This document shows positions 46,272 to 51,329 of a DNA stretch of 51,329 nucleotides, piece after piece. The position numbers and the translations under genes were made by a program. Location of the stretch: the NCBI GenBank assembly GCA_900315715.1, contig ONAH01000040.1:1-51329 (forward strand), written 5' to 3'. Position 1 is the first letter of the stretch; each line of letters opens with the position of its first letter. The notes under the pieces were generated by a model that was not told the DNA's origin, did not search any database, and worked only from the letters and a program-made list of their open reading frames with translations. Source of the DNA: an uncultured Eubacteriales bacterium. GTDB lineage: Bacteria > Bacillota > Clostridia > Oscillospirales > Acutalibacteraceae.

Positions 46272-47105
46272 ATGACAAAAATGAAAAGAATTCTTGCCGT
46301 AGTTTTAGCAGCAGTAATGTGTTTTGCAATAGTGGGCTGTGACAAGAAGAATGATGTTGATTCTGCGACAGAATCAGTTGTAAATTCAACTTCACAGACA
46401 ACAGCAGCAACAAACGATAATGCAGACAACAAGACGACAACATCAGGTACACTTGTAATGGCAACAAATGCTTCTTTCCCGCCATATGAGTACTACGAGA
46501 ACGAGAAGATAGTAGGAATTGACGCAGAAGTAGCAGAGCTTATTGCACAGAAGCTTGGAATGACACTTGAGATCAAGGACATGGAGTTTGGATCAATAAT
46601 CGGTGCAGTACAGACAGGAACAGTAGATATGGGAATGGCAGGAATGACAGTTACAGAGGATCGTCTTGTAACAGTAGATTTTTCTGATACATATGCTACT
46701 GCAGTACAAGTAATCATCGTAAAGGAAGGCAGCGAGATCAAAACAGCAGATGATCTTGAGGGTAAGAAAATTGGTGTTCAGGAGAACACAACAGGCGATA
46801 TCTATGTAACAGGAGATTTTGGTGAGGAAAGTGTAAAGAGATACAGCAAAGGTAACGATGCAGTAGCAGCACTTTCAGCAGGTATCATCGATGCAGTTGT
46901 AATTGATAACGAGCCGGCAAAGAATTATGTTGAAGCTAACGACGGATTGAAGGTTCTTGATACATCTTATGCAGATGAGGAGTATGCAATAGCTATCCGT
47001 AAGGATAACACAGATCTTAAAGATAAGATCAACGCAGCACTTGCAGAGCTTAAGGCAGACGGAACACTTGATTCAATCGTAGCAAAATACATTCCCGAAA
47101 ACTAA
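46272..47105 (+). CDS. Amino-acid ABC transporter substrate-binding lipoprotein (family 3)
   Basis: The ATG at 46272 lies 8 nt after TAGGAGGA. Lipobox AIVGC, Thr/Asn-rich linker, then FPPYEY, GIDAEVA, GMAGMTVTEDR. Confidence 0.85.
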   Translation: MTKMKRILAVVLAAVMCFAIVGCDKKNDVDSATESVVNSTSQTTAATNDNADNKTTTSGTLVMATNASFPPYEYYENEKIVGIDAEVAELIAQKLGMTLEIKDMEFGSIIGAVQTGTVDMGMAGMTVTEDRLVTVDFSDTYATAVQVIIVKEGSEIKTADDLEGKKIGVQENTTGDIYVTGDFGEESVKRYSKGNDAVAALSAGIIDAVVIDNEPAKNYVEANDGLKVLDTSYADEEYAIAIRKDNTDLKDKINAALAELKADGTLDSIVAKYIPEN

Positions 47106-47143
47106 TGCAGTCTATTCTGCATATTGAATAATAATACAAAATG

Positions 47144-47173
47144 ACGGGGCTACAAAAATGTAGTCCCGTTTTG
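47144..47173 (+). terminator. Intercistronic hairpin (partial terminator or mRNA stabiliser) after the binding-protein gene
   Basis: 11-bp stem ACGGGGCTACA / TGTAGTCCCGT (one G-U pair), loop AAAA, then TTTTGG. Confidence 0.45.
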
Positions 47174-47191
47174 GCAGAAGGAGAAAAACAG

Positions 47192-47917
47192 ATGAATTTT
47201 GCAATGATGAGCGGTTTTGATGAGTGGTTTTCAAAATTCAAAGACCGTTTTATAAATGATTTCATTACCGATAACCGCTGGAAATATCTCTGGAACGGTT
47301 TAGGGGTAACGATGAAAATAACACTTGGTGCGTTGGTACTGGGAATTCTGCTTGGATTTCTGGTTGCGGCAATTAGATCAACACATGATAAAACAGGTAA
47401 ACTACGTGTTCTCAATGTGATATGTCGCATATATCTTACGGTAATCAGAGGAACACCTGTTGTAGTACAGCTTTTGATAACATACTTTGTAATTCTTGCA
47501 CCATTAGGAATTAATGAGATAGTAGTAGCGATATGTGCATTTGGAATAAACTCAGGTGCATATGTAGCAGAGATTGTCAGAGCAGGAATAATGTCAATAG
47601 ACAACGGACAGTTTGAGGCAGGACGTTCGCTGGGATTTAACTATGCACAGACAATGTATATAATAATACTTCCTCAGGCTTTCAAAAATATTCTTCCGGC
47701 ACTCTGTAACGAATTTATCGTACTTTTGAAAGAAACTTCAGTAGCAGGTTATGTTGCACTTCAGGATCTAACAAAGGGCGGAGATATAATCAGAGGAAGA
47801 ACCTTTGATGCATTCCTGCCGTTAATAGCAGTTGCACTAATATATCTTGTAATAGTAATGATACTTACAAGACTTGTATCTATACTGGAAAGGAAGTTGA
47901 GAAACAGTGACCACTAA
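47192..47917 (+). CDS. Amino-acid ABC transporter permease (HisM/GlnP-like)
   Basis: The ATG at 47192 follows GAAGGAG. EAA-loop-like FEAGRSLGF and IILPQAFKN. Confidence 0.85.
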   Translation: MNFAMMSGFDEWFSKFKDRFINDFITDNRWKYLWNGLGVTMKITLGALVLGILLGFLVAAIRSTHDKTGKLRVLNVICRIYLTVIRGTPVVVQLLITYFVILAPLGINEIVVAICAFGINSGAYVAEIVRAGIMSIDNGQFEAGRSLGFNYAQTMYIIILPQAFKNILPALCNEFIVLLKETSVAGYVALQDLTKGGDIIRGRTFDAFLPLIAVALIYLVIVMILTRLVSILERKLRNSDH

Positions 47918-48680
47918 AAACGATTCTATTGCAGAAGTTAAGGATAAGGAATGTCTTATAGAGGTTAATAATCTTGAAAAACACTACGGCGACATTCATG
48001 CGCTGGACGGTATAAATACAAAGATATACAAGGGTGAGGTTGTAGTAATAATCGGACCGTCAGGATCCGGAAAGTCAACATTTTTGCGTTCGTTAAATCT
48101 GCTTGAACTTCCGACAGGAGGAGAGATTATTTTTGAAGGCGTGAATATGCTGGATAAATCTGTTGATATCAATAAACACCGTCAGAAAATGGGTATGGTG
48201 TTCCAGCACTTCAACTTGTTTCCGCATATGACAATAATGAGAAATATTACAGTAGCACCGATAAAGCTTTTAGGGCTTTCAAAGGAAGAAGCAGAAAAGC
48301 GTGCCATTGAACTTCTTGGGAAAGTGGGCCTTGCTGACAGAGCAAATTCATTTCCGGCGCAGTTAAGCGGCGGTCAGAAACAGCGAATAGCGATAGTACG
48401 TGCATTATGTATGCAGCCTGATGTAATGCTGTTTGATGAGCCTACATCAGCACTTGATCCCGAAATGGTAGGAGAAGTGCTTGAGGTAATGAAGTCGCTT
48501 GCATGTGCAGGAATGACAATGGCGGTAGTAACACACGAAATGGGATTTGCAAGAGAGGTTGCCGACAGAGTAATATTCATGGCAGACGGAAAAATTCTTG
48601 AAATTGGTACTCCCGATGAAATATTCACTGCACCAAAAACAGATAAAGCAAAGCAATTTCTGGCAAGTGTTCTGAAATAA
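47907..48680 (+). CDS. Amino-acid ABC transporter ATP-binding protein
   Basis: Walker [10 protein letters not shown], signature LSGGQKQR, Walker [12 protein letters not shown]. The GTG start overlaps the permease end by 11 nt. Confidence 0.9.
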   Translation: MTTKNDSIAEVKDKECLIEVNNLEKHYGDIHALDGINTKIYKGEVVVIIGPSGSGKSTFLRSLNLLELPTGGEIIFEGVNMLDKSVDINKHRQKMGMVFQHFNLFPHMTIMRNITVAPIKLLGLSKEEAEKRAIELLGKVGLADRANSFPAQLSGGQKQRIAIVRALCMQPDVMLFDEPTSALDPEMVGEVLEVMKSLACAGMTMAVVTHEMGFAREVADRVIFMADGKILEIGTPDEIFTAPKTDKAKQFLASVLK

Positions 48681-48701
48681 TAAAATTAGAAGGTTTTGAA
48701 T

Positions 48702-49508
48702 ATGGGTTACGAAATAATAGCGCTTGATATTGACGGTACACTTACCGATAGTCATAGGGAGTTAACTCCACGAACGATAAATACACTTATTGAAGCACAA
48801 AAGCGTGGCAAAAAAGTTATACTTGCTTCAGGCAGACATAACTGCGGAATGAGAAGTATTGCAGAAACGCTGAAGCTTGATGAGTATGAAGGTTACATAA
48901 TGGCTTTTAACGGCGGTAAGATTATCAATGCATCAACAAATGAGGTTATCTACTCAGTTAATTTTCCACGAAAGTATATAGCAAGTGTTCTTGACAGTAT
49001 AAAAGGATCTGGACTTACTGTAATAACTTATGATGATGAAAAGATAATAATGGATAAGACTGAAAACGAATATACCTATATTGAAGCAAAAATAGTCAAT
49101 ATGGAGTACAAGAAAGTTGATGATATTTTAAGCTACGTTGATTTTGAGATAAATAAAATGCTACTTGTAGGTGATCCGAAGGTAATAAACGAATACGAAA
49201 GAATACTTGTTGATAAGTTTAAGGGATATTTTGACGTATTTAAGAGCTGTCCTTTCTTTCTGGAAATAATGCCATTTGGAGTAAACAAGGGTGCAAGTCT
49301 ATCACGATTTTTGCCTGAAATAGGTTATACAAGGGAAAACCTTATAGCTTGTGGTGATAGCTACAACGATATGACAATGATAGGATATGCAGGTCTTGGA
49401 GTATGTATGAAAAACGGTGAGAAGGACGTAAAGAAGATAGCAGATGTTATTGCAGAAAGCAACGATGATGACGGAGTTGCAAAGATTGTAGAACAATATA
49501 TGTTATAG
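48702..49508 (+). CDS. Cof-type HAD-IIB hydrolase
   Basis: Motif I ALDIDGTL, SGR, GDSYNDMTM. The ATG at 48702 lies 8 nt after AGAAGG. The stop is TAG. Confidence 0.85.
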   Translation: MGYEIIALDIDGTLTDSHRELTPRTINTLIEAQKRGKKVILASGRHNCGMRSIAETLKLDEYEGYIMAFNGGKIINASTNEVIYSVNFPRKYIASVLDSIKGSGLTVITYDDEKIIMDKTENEYTYIEAKIVNMEYKKVDDILSYVDFEINKMLLVGDPKVINEYERILVDKFKGYFDVFKSCPFFLEIMPFGVNKGASLSRFLPEIGYTRENLIACGDSYNDMTMIGYAGLGVCMKNGEKDVKKIADVIAESNDDDGVAKIVEQYML

Positions 49509-49514
49509 TAAAAA

Positions 49515-49546
49515 AAGACATTCGATATCATTCGGGTGTCTTTTTG
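49515..49546 (+). terminator. Rho-independent terminator
   Basis: 11-bp stem AAGACATTCGA / TCGGGTGTCTT (with G-U pairs) running into TTTTTG. Confidence 0.7.
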
Positions 49547-49615
49547 TCTTATTGAAAATGTATCAGAATAATGATATAATAATATTATGTATTACTATTG
49601 GCAGGAGAAAAGATT

Positions 49616-50542
49616 ATGGTAAAAGTTGACCTTATTACAGGATTTTTAGGTTCGGGAAAAACAACGTTTATAAAAAAGTATGCAGATTATCTTATTCATC
49701 GTGGAAACAAAATAGGTATACTAGAAAACGATTACGGCGCTGTAAATGTCGATACAATGTTGCTGCAGGAGCTTGAGGGAGATAATTGTATTATTGAGTC
49801 TGTTGCAGGTGCTTGTGACGCAGACTGCCATAGAAGAAGGTTTAAAACAAAGTTGATTGCCCTTGGTATGCTTGGACTTGACAGGGTAATAATTGAGCCT
49901 TCCGGAATATTTGATGTAGACGAATTTTTTGATGTGCTTTTTGAAGAACCTCTTGACAATTGGTATGAGCGTGGCAGTGTTATTTCCATAGTAGACGCAG
50001 ATCTCTCAAGTAGATTATCGAAACAGTCGGAATATTTGTTAGCTTCTCAATGTGCTAATGCAGGAGTAGTAATATTAAGCAAGATTGCAAATGCTGAGAA
50101 TAAGGATATTACATACACAATTTCTCAGATAAATAGTGCAATGAGGAATATTGGCTGTAAAAGACAGATAACAGATGAAATCATTGTGAAACCGTGGGAT
50201 ACACTTTCTGATGATGATTTTGAGAAAATAGCTGAAAGCGGTTGTGTTACAGAAAATTTTGTCAAGACATTGAACGAAGATAACAGGTATAGTTCTTTTT
50301 ATTATATGAATAAACCGTTTGACAGTAACACAATTTGTAGAATTTGCAGAGAAATCTTCAAGAATGAGCAGGGAGTATTCAGAATAAAGGGATTTGTTAA
50401 AGAAAATGACGCATTTAGGCAGATAAATGCAGTTAGGAATAATATTGAACTGAAACCAATAAACAACGGTCAGAAGATAATTATAGTAATAGGAGAAAAC
50501 ATGGAGAAGGAGAGGATAGACAGATATTTTGTGATTGATTGA
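49616..50542 (+). CDS. COG0523/CobW-like G3E-family GTPase with a non-canonical metal motif
   Basis: The ATG at 49616 lies 8 nt after AGGAG. P-loop GFLGSGKTT, ENDYGAVNVD, IIEPSGIFD, and a CobW_C-like FRIKGFV. The usual GCxCC position reads AGACDADCH. Confidence 0.8.
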   Translation: MVKVDLITGFLGSGKTTFIKKYADYLIHRGNKIGILENDYGAVNVDTMLLQELEGDNCIIESVAGACDADCHRRRFKTKLIALGMLGLDRVIIEPSGIFDVDEFFDVLFEEPLDNWYERGSVISIVDADLSSRLSKQSEYLLASQCANAGVVILSKIANAENKDITYTISQINSAMRNIGCKRQITDEIIVKPWDTLSDDDFEKIAESGCVTENFVKTLNEDNRYSSFYYMNKPFDSNTICRICREIFKNEQGVFRIKGFVKENDAFRQINAVRNNIELKPINNGQKIIIVIGENMEKERIDRYFVID

Positions 50543-50587
50543 CATATTTTTGGAATTATGGTACCATAAAAGAAAGGAGAAATTGAA

Positions 50588-51217
50588 ATGGAAAAGATAA
50601 AAAAATACTGTTTGCCAGGTATGATATAGGGGCTTGCGATTTTCTATGGTGTTTTGATATTTGCTGGAATAATATGGATTTTTACAAATGCAACATATGA
50701 CAAGAATGGTATTTCGGATTTATGCATACGTTTAGTTTTTGCATTTGTGTTCATGTTATCGGATATATTATTTTATCATCTTTCTTACGGAAAAAGTGCA
50801 AAGATATATGATAAGAGAGTAAAGTATTTTAGAGATCAGGGAGTATTAGATCTATTAAAGTCGGATTTCAGTAACGGAGTACAACTATTTGGTGGTGATC
50901 TTACAGTTGGCAAAATGTTTTTGTTTGGAAAAAATACTGGTATGATAGTAATGTTTCAAGAGATAACCCGTTTTTTTATACATGTTCACACAACCGAATA
51001 TGAATCAGGGAGAACCCCAACAAAAAAATTTGAATTAAAGTTTGTTGCAGGTAATAAACATTATGTTCTCTGTAAAATTCCAAACAAAAATATGAATACA
51101 TCTGAGTGGAATCAGTTTTGTAATTTTATTAGTCTAAAAAATCCAAATATCATATTAGATCAGCACATGGAAATGACAAGAAGCTGTGTTGACGATACTG
51201 TGTCAAATGATGATTGA
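50588..51217 (+). pseudogene. Hypothetical membrane protein gene interrupted by an in-frame TAG at codon 14
   Basis: AAAGGAG RBS plus the ATG at 50588 gives MEKIKKYCLPGMI, then TAG (50627-50629). The same frame continues into track ORF 50654..51217. The N-terminus is paralogous to the next gene, which has Leu at the TAG position. Confidence 0.55.
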
Positions 51218-51245
51218 TGTATTACATTACGGTTAAGGTGTAGAT

Positions 51246-51329
51246 ATGAAAGAGATAAGACAGTATTGTGTACCGAGTAAGTTTCTTGGTATAGTTGCAT
51301 TTCCGGTGCTTTCAGTATTGGCGGTAATA
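51246..51329 (+). CDS. Hypothetical membrane protein, 5' fragment truncated by the window end; paralogue of 50588..51217
   Basis: The ATG at 51246 lies 6 nt after AAGGTG. MKEIRQYCVPSKFLGIVAFPVLSVLAVI aligns with MEKIKKYCLPGMI*GLAIFYGVLIFAGI. Confidence 0.5.
   Translation, partial: MKEIRQYCVPSKFLGIVAFPVLSVLAVI

Noticed and set aside
47050-47604. 184-aa antisense ORF across the ABC binding-protein/permease junction
   Set aside because: It overlaps two supported genes and the intercistronic hairpins, so it is a shadow ORF.
50075-50545. 156-aa antisense ORF inside the COG0523 gene
   Set aside because: It is Ile/Phe/Tyr-rich AT-driven junk, and the sense strand has clear G3E motifs.
50627-50629. 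TAG as programmed recoding (pyrrolysine or read-through)
   Set aside because: TAG is used as an ordinary stop in this window (the Cof hydrolase ends at 49506-49508). No pyl genes are seen. The paralogue has Leu at the aligned position, which fits a point mutation or sequencing error.

Overview
This is a 51.3-kb chromosomal segment from a low-GC Gram-positive organism that looks Clostridia-like. It uses genetic code 11: TAA, TGA and TAG all serve as stops, and several genes start with TTG or GTG. I support 48 protein-coding loci, 47 on the + strand and 1 on the - strand. One locus is interrupted by an in-frame TAG and one is cut by the window end. There is one tRNA-Val(TAC). I saw no rRNA, CRISPR array, transposase, integrase or phage gene. 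Most of the window is housekeeping in familiar Firmicutes synteny blocks: ilvE; feoAB; cdaA-cdaR; recJ-relA-dtd-MBL-hemZ; yabM-like flippase-mazG-hup-yabO; nusB-(Kae1-like)-xseA-xseB-ispA-dxs-tlyA-nadK-argR-recN; and a polar amino-acid ABC transporter. The non-ordinary part is 4.6-15.1 kb. It holds a tightly coupled five-gene Ser/Thr phospho-signalling operon at 4625-11023: a non-PASTA Hanks kinase with a beta-propeller-like ectodomain, a Zn-ribbon-FHA protein, a PP2C, an extracytoplasmic trypsin-like protease with a cytoplasmic FHA domain, and a second PP2C. Downstream, as separate transcription units, lie a PPP-family phosphatase, an AqpZ-like channel and a cytoplasmic vWA protein. I know of no characterised system with this composition, so it is my best candidate for an undescribed module. 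That novelty claim is an inference I cannot test here. Other items worth a second look are a translationally coupled surface pair resembling a split transcobalamin (alpha/alpha-toroid protein plus DUF4430 protein), a P-loop-CYTH fusion, a protein with a 19-Asp tail, an orphan oadG-oadB pair, a COG0523 GTPase lacking the CxCC motif, and tandem paralogues of which the first carries a premature TAG. All family calls come from motifs read by eye. No database search was run.
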